This document shows, in pieces, positions 34,759 to 43,200 of a stretch of DNA of 63,708 nt. The DNA lies in the IMG/VR virus record IMGVR_UViG_3300028394_000003, positions 1 through 63,708 of that record; one strand, given 5' to 3'. The position numbers were made by a program, and so were the translations under genes. The DNA comes from a virus. Its lineage: Duplodnaviria > Caudoviricetes. Below the pieces are notes generated by a model. It made no database searches. It had not been told where the DNA came from and saw only the letters and a program-made list of their open reading frames with translations. Each line of letters opens with the position of its first letter. The stretch's first letter is position 1.

Positions 34759-35851
34759 TGAAAAGCAGCGGCTTGAGGCCCTCGCTGTTGATGCAGACAT
34801 ATACATCATAAACCTTGAAAACGTAGCTTGGCTTTGTGACGTTCAGCCTAAGTTAGTGTTCACTAACTTAGTAATAGATGAGAGCAGCCGGTTTAAGGAC
34901 CCCAGCACTAAGCGTTTTAAGGCGCTTAAAAAGCATTTAAAGGGCTTCTCACGGCGTTTAATCCTAACCGGCACACCCACCCCTCAGGGCATGGCTGATC
35001 TCTGGTCACAGGTGGGTATACTGGACTTAGGGGCGCGTTTAGAGACTAGTCTCACCAAGTTTAGGGATAAGTATATGCAGCCGGACCAGATGAACCGGCA
35101 CACAAGGGTAATATATTCATGGAAACTACAACCAAATGCAGACCAGATTATTAAAGACAAGATTGAAGATATATGCTTTAGTCTTAAAGCTGAAGATTAT
35201 TTGCAGCTACCTAGCTGTACGTCGCTTTATCACAAAATTGATTTAGACCCACAAGTAAAGAACAAATACAATGAGCTTAGAAAAGATATGGTCGTTGAGA
35301 TCGGTAAGGGGCAGATCACAGCTCCAACAGCAGCGACACTGGCGAACAAGTTACTGCAATTCACCTCGGGTGCAGTCTATGGCCAAGATGGAGAGCCGCA
35401 GGAAATACACCGTACTAAATTGGAATACCTTGAGTCGATCATGGAAGAATCTTCAAGCCCGACATTGGTTTTCTACCATTTCAAACACAGCCTCAACAGG
35501 ATATGCCTCCAGTTCCCGCAGAGTGTGGTGCTGGACGATGACAACATTGCAGCGTGGAATCGTGGCGAGATTCGTATGTTGCTTGCCCATCCGCAGAGTG
35601 GTGGTATCGGGATTAATTTACAGTGCAACGCTGGAGAGACAGCCCAAACGGTTTGGTTCGATTTACCATGGAGCTCAGAGAACTACATCCAAGCGAATGC
35701 CCGGGTCTACCGTCAAGGGCAAGAAGTGCCGGTTATATTACACCACCTAGTAGTGGCTAACAGCATAGACGAACAAGTTGTCAAAGTGTTAGAAGGAAAA
35801 ATAAATTTGCAGGAGGCCTTGTTAAATGCGCTAGATTTTGCATTAATATAG
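34508..35851 (+). CDS. SNF2-like superfamily II helicase
   Basis: PGLGKT, VIDESS, LTGTP, QANARVYRQGQ. Confidence 0.9.
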   Translation: MIKRTQLHQYQQDLIKKAKTTPNLGLFLPPGLGKTATTLTIIAEQFEGKTLIIAPKRVAQTVWDAEINKWQHLSNLTCSKILGSEKQRLEALAVDADIYIINLENVAWLCDVQPKLVFTNLVIDESSRFKDPSTKRFKALKKHLKGFSRRLILTGTPTPQGMADLWSQVGILDLGARLETSLTKFRDKYMQPDQMNRHTRVIYSWKLQPNADQIIKDKIEDICFSLKAEDYLQLPSCTSLYHKIDLDPQVKNKYNELRKDMVVEIGKGQITAPTAATLANKLLQFTSGAVYGQDGEPQEIHRTKLEYLESIMEESSSPTLVFYHFKHSLNRICLQFPQSVVLDDDNIAAWNRGEIRMLLAHPQSGGIGINLQCNAGETAQTVWFDLPWSSENYIQANARVYRQGQEVPVILHHLVVANSIDEQVVKVLEGKINLQEALLNALDFALI

Positions 35852-35853
35852 CT

Positions 35854-36165
35854 ATGAGAACAAAAACCAAACATAAGATTAATGCTGTAGCTCCCAGACT
35901 TAGCGATGAAGATATTGACCCGATTGAGCAGGATGATTCTGAAAATGTAACCATACCGTCTAACGACGGATGGCTGCCGTGGGATCCCGAAGATATATCT
36001 GACATTCGTAGATTAGTTACTGAGAGCATGCCAGAAAAACAGCGTCTTATTATAGAATCATTTTTGGATGGTTTGAGTTATGCAGATATTTATGTAACCG
36101 AAAAGTATTGGCGTTACCATTTTGTTAAGGGAATTGAATTTCTTAAAAAGGAGTTAAAGGTATGA
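35854..36165 (+). CDS. Protein with sigma region 4-like C-terminus, probably leaderless
   Basis: DIRRLV..MPEKQRLII..FLDGLSYADI...GIEFLKKEL; ATG lies 6 nt after TGCATTAAT (35839-35847). Confidence 0.6.
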   Translation: MRTKTKHKINAVAPRLSDEDIDPIEQDDSENVTIPSNDGWLPWDPEDISDIRRLVTESMPEKQRLIIESFLDGLSYADIYVTEKYWRYHFVKGIEFLKKELKV

Positions 36166-36356
36166 GCACGTTTGTTATTGAGCATATTTATAAGGGATAC
36201 CCTATGTTTGAAACTATTCGGGGAGTAGAAGACATTAACCTAGATTTGTTTGACCAGTTTCAAACAATTTGGGTATGTGACAATGAAGAAGAAGTTACGG
36301 CAGTTGAGAATGAGTTGCGGAGGAAACATGGTGAACGATCCAGTAAACAACCCTAA
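36162..36356 (+). CDS. Hypothetical protein
   Basis: ATGA overlap with upstream gene. Confidence 0.6.
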   Translation: MSTFVIEHIYKGYPMFETIRGVEDINLDLFDQFQTIWVCDNEEEVTAVENELRRKHGERSSKQP

Positions 36357-36537
36357 GCACTACACGGCACACCCCTCTGGCATTGACTGCATCCAGATTA
36401 CTGAGCACATGGGCTTTTGTTTAGGCAATGCGTTTAAGTATATCTGGCGAGCAGATTTAAAACATGACGCGATCGAAGACCTACGCAAGGCGCGTTGGTA
36501 CTTAGATCGTGAAATACAAAAAAGGACAAAGACATGA
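36328..36537 (+). CDS. DUF3310 / SaV-like protein
   Basis: DPVNNPKHY, GFCLGNAFKYIWR, EDLRKARWYL; RBS ggagg before 36328. Confidence 0.8.
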   Translation: MVNDPVNNPKHYTAHPSGIDCIQITEHMGFCLGNAFKYIWRADLKHDAIEDLRKARWYLDREIQKRTKT

Positions 36538-36752
36538 TATTAGAACTTGATGATGATTTTACAGACGATATTACCGTGGCCAACTTAGCAGAGAGCTACG
36601 TCTCAATATCTAAAAATATAAAAGACGGTAAAAATTGGGATGAGGATGACATAGCAGATTGGAAAGCATTATTGCCAGCGCTCATGGCCGTCGGTAAATG
36701 GTACAGCGTAGACTTTCAAGCTGACATTAAGAAAGCGATGAAGAAAAAATGA
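36534..36752 (+). CDS. Hypothetical protein
   Basis: ATGA overlap chain. Confidence 0.6.
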   Translation: MILELDDDFTDDITVANLAESYVSISKNIKDGKNWDEDDIADWKALLPALMAVGKWYSVDFQADIKKAMKKK

Positions 36753-37054
36753 ACGATAGAATTGATTTAGAATCCGCTGTTATGTTGATGTGGCAGACCA
36801 GCGATGACATTGAGTTGCTGTACAAGCATCACGGTGACGCGCCCAAACCAATGACAGAAGATGAAGTTGCTACTGCATTACTTGGAATTAAAGCATTGCA
36901 TAGTTTACGTTGCGCTGCGCTAGAAGACATGTATAGCCGCAAATTTGAATTAGATCAGTATTGCACCGACCCAGAAAAATTAGCCGCAAGAGACGACTGG
37001 TTTGATAAAGTATTAAATGAAGCTAGAACTAAGACAAAAGGAAAAAAGAAATGA
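36749..37054 (+). CDS. Hypothetical protein
   Basis: ATGA overlap chain. Confidence 0.65.
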   Translation: MNDRIDLESAVMLMWQTSDDIELLYKHHGDAPKPMTEDEVATALLGIKALHSLRCAALEDMYSRKFELDQYCTDPEKLAARDDWFDKVLNEARTKTKGKKK

Positions 37055-37275
37055 CCGAAGAACAAAAAATGAAGCAATTAGACGAGTTTGTAGTTCATAT
37101 TGAAGCACCAATTAGGGTAATGAACGCAACACTAAATGCGTTAAACATGCCGTCACAAACCCCTTCTTTGGTGTTTGCTGAACTTATTGCGTTTTACCAA
37201 AACCAAGCTGGCCCCCAAGCAGAAAAAGCTAAGGCTGCATTAGAAGCAGTAATGGAGAAACCGGCTGATGAGTGA
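37051..37275 (+). CDS. Hypothetical protein
   Basis: ATGA overlap chain. Confidence 0.6.
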   Translation: MTEEQKMKQLDEFVVHIEAPIRVMNATLNALNMPSQTPSLVFAELIAFYQNQAGPQAEKAKAALEAVMEKPADE

Positions 37276-37477
37276 TTTGTTTAACCGTATGATGGAGGCC
37301 AATAAGCTATCCAACGACGAGGCTAAGGCCAAGCGTGAGGCAGAGATTGAGGCCAAACGGCATGAGATGGCTGGGGCCATGACCCGCATGATGATTAATG
37401 AGGCACTTGGCCGCGTGGCCCAGACTAAGCAAGAAAATGAGGCTTTAGCCCAAAAAGCTAGGGCGGAAAAGAAGTAA
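37268..37477 (+). CDS. Hypothetical coiled-coil protein
   Basis: Overlap chain. Confidence 0.6.
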   Translation: MSDLFNRMMEANKLSNDEAKAKREAEIEAKRHEMAGAMTRMMINEALGRVAQTKQENEALAQKARAEKK

Positions 37478-37490
37478 TTGTTGCATTAAT
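37461..37490 (+). promoter_or_regulatory. Phage promoter motif GGGCG-N16-TGCATTAAT
   Basis: Exact motif and spacing. Confidence 0.8.
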
Positions 37491-37568
37491 GTATATAGGA
37501 GCAGTAGAACTCGTCGGGAAGACGCTTTGAACCTCCACCCACACTTTTACACACACAGGAGATTTACA

Positions 37569-37826
37569 ATGAACCCATTTGAAATTCGCAATAGCCTTTT
37601 ACTTACGGCAAAAGACTTTATGACCCAGCAGTACGACGCACAGATCAAGGTCTGGGAACTGGCAAGTAAGGCAACAGAAAAATTTGAAGCTGCAGCCCCT
37701 AGCTTTCCCACAATGGCAGAGATTATTGAGCATGCCATTGAGATGAACAAATTCATCAGCGGGACTGTAGAGACAGAACTAATCAACGGCGCCAAAAAAT
37801 TAGGCGGCATAACTAAAGTATTCTAA
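37569..37826 (+). CDS. Hypothetical protein
   Basis: RBS aggag; MNPFEIR...FPT..EII..A..M..F. Confidence 0.7.
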   Translation: MNPFEIRNSLLLTAKDFMTQQYDAQIKVWELASKATEKFEAAAPSFPTMAEIIEHAIEMNKFISGTVETELINGAKKLGGITKVF

Positions 37827-37856
37827 AACTTTACAATCATTTACGAGAACTTTACA

Positions 37857-38006
37857 ATGGCAACTAAACCCGGTTTGTACGCAAATATTCAAAAAAAGAG
37901 AGAACGCATCGCAGCGGGCTCAGGCGAAAAGATGCGCAAGCCGGGCGCCAAGGGTGCACCCACTGCAGACGCATTTAAACAATCAGCTAAAACTGCTAAA
38001 AAATAA
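37857..38006 (+). CDS. Small basic protein (49 aa, not in ORF track)
   Basis: MATKPGLYANIQKKRERIAAGSGEKMRKPGAKGAPT... Confidence 0.7.
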   Translation: MATKPGLYANIQKKRERIAAGSGEKMRKPGAKGAPTADAFKQSAKTAKK

Positions 38007-38281
38007 TGGCAACAAAGCACGACAAACCAATCCCACGTAAGACCACTGGCGTCGGTAAGACATACAACCCTATAGATAAGGGTGCAGGCATGACCGCTAA
38101 AGGTCGCGCAGAATACAACAGTAAGAACAACAGTAATTTAAAAGCACCAGCACCACATCCAAAGACAGACGCAGACAAAGGCCGTAAGGCATCTTTTTGT
38201 GCTCGCATGGAGGGTGTTGTCAAGAAATCAAAAGGCCCAGCTGAAAGAGCTAAGGCATCACTAAAAAATTGGAATTGTTAA
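38006..38281 (+). CDS. Small basic protein
   Basis: GAGMTAKGRA, RKASFCARM.G; TAATG overlap. Confidence 0.7.
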   Translation: MATKHDKPIPRKTTGVGKTYNPIDKGAGMTAKGRAEYNSKNNSNLKAPAPHPKTDADKGRKASFCARMEGVVKKSKGPAERAKASLKNWNC

Positions 38282-38658
38282 TGGCCAAAAAATTTAAGTT
38301 TAACGAAGATCTTGCCAAAGTTATATTAGAGCTGGGCCAACAGGGCGCGTCCCAAAAGGCGATGTATGCTGCTATTAACATTAGCAAAGACACGGCAGCA
38401 AAGTTAAAAAAAGAAGACCCCCTATTTGCAGAGACAATGTCTTTGGCCACAACTTACGGCCAAGCATTCTGGGAAAACATGATGTTAGCCAACATTGACA
38501 ACAAAACATTTAACTCCAGAGTTGCAGAAATTAGTTTACGTGGTCAGTATCCAGACGACTACCGCGAGCGTATGGATATAAAACAAGATATAAAACAAGA
38601 GGTTAAGATTGATTTCAATAAAGAAGTCGCAGAATTAATCGCCGCCCTAAAAACTTAA
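38281..38658 (+). CDS. Putative terminase small subunit
   Basis: HTH-like ELGQQGAS..AINISKDT...KEDPLF, AFWE, C-terminal beta strand; under the phage promoter. Confidence 0.55.
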   Translation: MAKKFKFNEDLAKVILELGQQGASQKAMYAAINISKDTAAKLKKEDPLFAETMSLATTYGQAFWENMMLANIDNKTFNSRVAEISLRGQYPDDYRERMDIKQDIKQEVKIDFNKEVAELIAALKT

Positions 38659-38686
38659 AAATATTTATTTTCATTTTTCTCTAAAT

Positions 38687-38712
38687 AGGGGTCCGAAAGG
38701 GCCCCTTTTTTT
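38687..38712 (+). terminator. Intrinsic terminator
   Basis: ggggtcc-gaaa-gggcccc-ttttttt. Confidence 0.8.
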
Positions 38713-38760
38713 GCATTATTATATATACGATTAAACAGATTAACAGATTAAAAGGCAAAA

Positions 38761-39894
38761 ATGACAGCTCACGCGATTTTATCAGCTTCAGGCTCCAAGA
38801 GGTGGTTATCATGTACACCCAGCGCACGCTTAGAGGCCACACTTCCAGAACAAAAAAGAAACAACGGGGCATTTGACTTCTCCCAAGAAGGCACCATGGC
38901 CCACTCACTGGCAGAGGTTAAATTACGGCATCATTTTGGTCAAATAGGAATTGAAGAATATGAAAAAGAATATGAAATCATTAGGGCAACACCCTACTAC
39001 AACGACGACTTTGAGGCTAACGTCGATAATTACGTTCTATATGTCCGCAGTCAAATCGGTGAGGGTGATACCCCGTTATTTGAACAGCGCGTGGATTTCT
39101 CTGACTGGGTTCCTGACGGTTTTGGTACAGCCGATGTGGTTATACTTTCTAAGCACGCCATTCGCGTCATCGACCTCAAGTTTGGAAAAGGAGTCCCCGT
39201 ATCCGCGCTCGACAACACACAGCTGCGACTATACGCGCTCGGTGCGTACAGCAAATTTAAAGAAGAATACCCAGACATTACAGAAGTCAGTTATACGATA
39301 CATCAGCCCCGACTTGACAGTATCAGTACCGATGGTACCACCGTCAGTAAACTGGTCGACTGGGCCAACTACTTCGTTAAACCAAAAGCCAAGAAAGCGT
39401 GGGCCGGCAGCGGTGAGTTCCTTCCCGGTGACTGGTGCCAGTTCTGCAAAGCAAAAGCGCAGTGCCGCGCCCGCAGTGATTTCAACTCAGAACTCGCCAA
39501 GCAAGACTTCAAAGCCCCAGCTCTCCTCAGTGAAGAAGAAGTCAGTGAAGTCCTCGTCAAAGCGCAAAATTTAAGGGCTTGGGCCAATGACGTAGAAGAC
39601 TATGCATTGACTAGAGCTGTTGAGCAAAGCATTATTCCACCCGGATTTAAACTATCAACAACGGTAACCCATCGCAAGATAACAGACCAAGCACTAGCCG
39701 CCGTGGTGTTAATAGAAAAGGGAATGGATGAGTCAATTATTTGGGAGCAACCAAAACTAAAGTCTATTGCTGCGCTTGAAAAGTTAGGCCCAAAGGGTCA
39801 ACTAACGGCATGGCTTGGTGATTTAGTTATTAGGCCGGATGGCGCACCTAAGCTAGTAAAAGAAAAAGAAAACGCCAAGGAAGACTTCGCATGA
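38761..39894 (+). CDS. DUF2800 Cas4-like PD-(D/E)XK exonuclease
   Basis: HAILSAS...W..C, EGT.AH, FGTAD, VIDLKFG, QLRLYALG, C.FC..C. Confidence 0.88.
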   Translation: MTAHAILSASGSKRWLSCTPSARLEATLPEQKRNNGAFDFSQEGTMAHSLAEVKLRHHFGQIGIEEYEKEYEIIRATPYYNDDFEANVDNYVLYVRSQIGEGDTPLFEQRVDFSDWVPDGFGTADVVILSKHAIRVIDLKFGKGVPVSALDNTQLRLYALGAYSKFKEEYPDITEVSYTIHQPRLDSISTDGTTVSKLVDWANYFVKPKAKKAWAGSGEFLPGDWCQFCKAKAQCRARSDFNSELAKQDFKAPALLSEEEVSEVLVKAQNLRAWANDVEDYALTRAVEQSIIPPGFKLSTTVTHRKITDQALAAVVLIEKGMDESIIWEQPKLKSIAALEKLGPKGQLTAWLGDLVIRPDGAPKLVKEKENAKEDFA

Positions 39895-40034
39895 GTACTT
39901 GGCTAATAGCGGCCATGGGCTTAGTTTATTTAGTTGTGGCTATTGATCAATTTATAAAAGGCGGTGTGGGCACTGGCATCATGTTTTTAGGGTACGCTAT
40001 TGGAAACGTGGGGCTGGTAATCGTAGCTAAATAA
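39891..40034 (+). CDS. Small 2-TM membrane protein (47 aa, not in ORF track)
   Basis: ATGA overlap; MSTWLIAAMGLVYLVV...GYAIGNVGL. Confidence 0.65.
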   Translation: MSTWLIAAMGLVYLVVAIDQFIKGGVGTGIMFLGYAIGNVGLVIVAK

Positions 40035-40052
40035 TAATTATAAAAGGCTACT

Positions 40053-40310
40053 ATGATGGTACAATGTTATGGTTCAGAATTTGAAATTCCAGACTTATTA
40101 ATAAACAAGTTTTTTAAAGATTTTGATGGGCTGCCCGGTAGCGGGCAACGAGAAAATATATGTAGTTTAAGAAATTCAGTTGATGAAATTCTAGATGTTG
40201 TAGCAGAAGACCCAGAGATGTTGCATGAGCCAGAGTACTTATCTGATTTTTTAAGGGCACTGGCAATGAAGCAAGCATTAGCAAATCATGGTATTCTGTA
40301 TGATTCTTAG
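40053..40310 (+). CDS. Hypothetical protein
   Basis: 85-aa ORF in operon. Confidence 0.6.
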   Translation: MMVQCYGSEFEIPDLLINKFFKDFDGLPGSGQRENICSLRNSVDEILDVVAEDPEMLHEPEYLSDFLRALAMKQALANHGILYDS

Positions 40311-40377
40311 TTATTTAAGGGTAGACGAACAGGCCCCTACTGAAGTCCTGTTCTACAGTTAAAAAGGTAATATCATC

Positions 40378-40905
40378 ATGGCAGCTAAATCAGTAAGAAC
40401 CAAACTAGTAACAAACAAAGTTCGTTTGTCTTTCGTTAACGTATTTGAACCAGCCGAGACATTAAACGGCGTACTTAAATATTCGACAATGGTATTAATT
40501 CCAAAGTCTGATAAAGAAGGTGTTGCCCGTTTTAATAAGGCATTTGAAGATACTAAGCAAGCCAATGCAGCATTCTTTGGTGGCTCAGTACCTAAGCTAT
40601 TAAAAGGTGGCTTACGTGATGGTGATGCAGAAAAAGAAGATCCAGAATTCGTGGGCCATTATTTCTTTAATGCTTACGCAAATATTGATCGTAAACCTGG
40701 CGTTGTAGACGCTGAAGTAAACCCAATCCTTGATAAGAATGAAGTGTACAGTGGTTGTTATGGTCGCGTGTCAATTGACTTGTTTCCGTATGACACAGCA
40801 GGCGCCCGTGGTATTGCTGTTGGCTTAAACAACGTTCAGAAGTTAGAAGACGGAGAACGTTTAGGTGGAGCTAGTACATCAGCAGCAACAGATTTTGCAG
40901 CATAA
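40378..40905 (+). CDS. Single-stranded DNA-binding protein (DUF2815 / gp2.5-like)
   Basis: VRLSF..VFEP, KYS..LIPK, LRDGD, YSGCYGR, GLNNVQK..DGE.L. Confidence 0.88.
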   Translation: MAAKSVRTKLVTNKVRLSFVNVFEPAETLNGVLKYSTMVLIPKSDKEGVARFNKAFEDTKQANAAFFGGSVPKLLKGGLRDGDAEKEDPEFVGHYFFNAYANIDRKPGVVDAEVNPILDKNEVYSGCYGRVSIDLFPYDTAGARGIAVGLNNVQKLEDGERLGGASTSAATDFAA

Positions 40906-40933
40906 GTAGTTCCTTTAGTAGTACCCGCAGTAC

Positions 40934-40969
40934 TGGGAGTGTCCATAGAAGCTGTGGCCTCCCTTTTTT
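40934..40969 (+). terminator. Probable intrinsic terminator after the SSB gene
   Basis: gggag...ctccc followed by tttttt. Confidence 0.55.
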
Positions 40970-40996
40970 ATCCACCAACTAACATAAAAAGAAACC

Positions 40997-42871
40997 ATGG
41001 ACCAATACCGTGAATACATTGCCGCCAGCCGCTACGCCAGATACATTGATGACAAAGGTCGTCGTGAAACTTGGCAAGAGACAGTACAACGATTTATAGA
41101 TTACATTTTTGAAAGAACGCCAGCAATAGCTGAAGATAAACAAACCAAAAAAGAATTATTTAACGCAATACTTAACCATGAACTAATGCCGTCAATGCGT
41201 GCCTTGATGACGGCAGGAAAGAGTGCCGACCGTGATAACACTTGCATCTATAATTGCTCGTATCTCCCAGTGGATGACCCCAAGTCATTTGACGAAGCCA
41301 TGTTCATCCTCTTGTGCGGAACTGGAGTTGGTTTCTCAGTCGAATCAAAGTATATTAATGATCTGCCGGAAGTGCCAGACCGTTTATTCGATTCCGAGCA
41401 TACGATTTCCGTCCACGACTCTAAAGAAGGATGGGCCAAATCACTACGTCTACTCCTCGCTCACCTCTACAGTGGCGAAGTCCCAAAATGGGACATCAGT
41501 AAAGTACGACCCGCCGGAGCCAGACTTAAAACATTTGGTGGAAGAGCTTCCGGGCCAGAACCATTAGTAGACTTGTTTGCGTTTACCGTGGCAATGTTTA
41601 AAAATGCTAAGGGCCGTAAACTTAACTCACTAGAGTGCCATGACTTAATGTGTAAGATTGGTGAGGTAGTTGTCGTTGGCGGTGTGCGAAGATCTGCTAT
41701 GATTAGCTTATCTGATTTAAATGACGAAAGGATTCGACATGCAAAAACTGGACCGTGGTGGGAAACCGCGCCTCACAGAGCGCTTGCTAACAATTCTGCT
41801 GTATATAACGAAACGCCAACCGTTGGTAAGTTTATGGAGGAGTGGGTCTCCCTTTACAACTCGCATAGTGGAGAGCGCGGAATCTTTAACAGAGAAGCTG
41901 CAAAGAAAACTGTGGCCAAATACGGTCATAGAGACGTTGATTATGATTTTGGTACTAACCCTTGTAGCGAAATTATTTTACGACCTTATCAGTTTTGCAA
42001 TCTTACAGAAGCTGTTATAAGACATGACGACACCAAAGAATCTCTCTTGCGCAAGGTTAGACTGGCAACAATCTTGGGGACAATTCAATCTTCGTTTACC
42101 AAGTTCCCTTATCTGCGAAAAGTGTGGCAACGCAATACGGAAGAAGAAAGACTTCTTGGCGTGTCCTTCACTGGAATCTACGACAACAAACTTACATGTA
42201 CTCAAGGAGAAGAGCTAAATGTTATCCTCACACAGTTACGAGAAATGGCTAGGGCAACAAATAAACAGTGGGCTGAAAGACTTGGAGTCCCTACAAGCGC
42301 AGCTATCACTTGCGTTAAACCTTCGGGAACAGTTTCCCAGCTTGTTGATAGCGCAAGTGGAATCCATCCTCGTCACGCTAAGTATTACATTAGACGAGTT
42401 AGAGGAGACAAAAAGGATCCTCTTAGCCAGTTCTTAATACAACAAGGAATACCAAATGAAGAGTGCGTCTATAAGCCAACCCAAACCGTCGTATTTAGCT
42501 TCCCTCAAAAAGCGCCTGACGGACTCACTCGCGATGATGTTACTCCGATTAAGCATCTGGAGCTTTGGCTTACTTATCAAAGACACTGGTGTGAGCATAA
42601 GCCTAGCGTCACAATCTCCGTCGAAGAAAAAGACTGGCCAAGTGTCGGCGCGTGGACGTGGGAAAACTTTAGCGAAATCAGCGGCGTCAGCTACCTCCCG
42701 TACGACGGCGGCACGTACCGCCAAGCCCCGTACGAAGAGTGCACCGAAGAAGAGTATAACGAGCTCAAAGCCAAGATCCCCACGATCAACTGGAGCGAGC
42801 TCAAAGAAGTAACAGATAACGTTGAGGGGGCGCAGATGTTAGCATGTAGCGCCGGATCCTGTGAGGTCTGA
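40997..42871 (+). CDS. nrdJ: Class II (B12-dependent) ribonucleotide reductase, monomeric type
   Basis: YNC, VVGGVRRSA, GTNPCSEI, TCVKPSGT, C-terminal CSAGSC; no NrdB gene present. Confidence 0.9.
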   Translation: MDQYREYIAASRYARYIDDKGRRETWQETVQRFIDYIFERTPAIAEDKQTKKELFNAILNHELMPSMRALMTAGKSADRDNTCIYNCSYLPVDDPKSFDEAMFILLCGTGVGFSVESKYINDLPEVPDRLFDSEHTISVHDSKEGWAKSLRLLLAHLYSGEVPKWDISKVRPAGARLKTFGGRASGPEPLVDLFAFTVAMFKNAKGRKLNSLECHDLMCKIGEVVVVGGVRRSAMISLSDLNDERIRHAKTGPWWETAPHRALANNSAVYNETPTVGKFMEEWVSLYNSHSGERGIFNREAAKKTVAKYGHRDVDYDFGTNPCSEIILRPYQFCNLTEAVIRHDDTKESLLRKVRLATILGTIQSSFTKFPYLRKVWQRNTEEERLLGVSFTGIYDNKLTCTQGEELNVILTQLREMARATNKQWAERLGVPTSAAITCVKPSGTVSQLVDSASGIHPRHAKYYIRRVRGDKKDPLSQFLIQQGIPNEECVYKPTQTVVFSFPQKAPDGLTRDDVTPIKHLELWLTYQRHWCEHKPSVTISVEEKDWPSVGAWTWENFSEISGVSYLPYDGGTYRQAPYEECTEEEYNELKAKIPTINWSELKEVTDNVEGAQMLACSAGSCEV

Positions 42872-42954
42872 CCCTTGGAAGTGCCCACCGCTTAATCTCT
42901 TTAATTGGAGTATTAGCTGGCGGTGGAAGAAATAGATTCACATGGTGGTGATAT

Positions 42955-42985
42955 TGGGGCGGCTTTTACAGCGCCCCTTTTTTTT
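42955..42985 (+). terminator. Intrinsic terminator
   Basis: ggggcg...cgcccc followed by a T run. Confidence 0.65.
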
Positions 42986-43002
42986 ATGGTATAACAGGTA
43001 AT

Positions 43003-43200
43003 ATGTCAAAAAGTGTATTTGAACCCTCTAACGATGAATTACCAAATTATTGCCTTGAGAAAGAGTTCCCACTGTTTAAAAAAAATGTTAGGGATATGTT
43101 TCCCTTAATAACAGTTTGTCCAAATTGCAAAAATTCTGTCTATAAATATAATAGAAAAAAATCATGCAATTTAAATCAGGAGTCAGATAATGATCTATAG
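43003..43200 (+). CDS. Small hypothetical protein with CPNC
   Basis: AT-rich ORF overlapping the polA start. Confidence 0.45.
   Translation: MSKSVFEPSNDELPNYCLEKEFPLFKKNVRDMFPLITVCPNCKNSVYKYNRKKSCNLNQESDNDL

Noticed and set aside
38761-39894. Cas4-like gene as evidence of CRISPR-Cas
   Set aside because: It sits in the standard phage DUF2800-SSB-PolA replication module
42872-42950. tRNA or riboswitch after nrdJ
   Set aside because: Only a single CCACCGC/GCGGTGG hairpin; no cloverleaf, T-loop or B12 box
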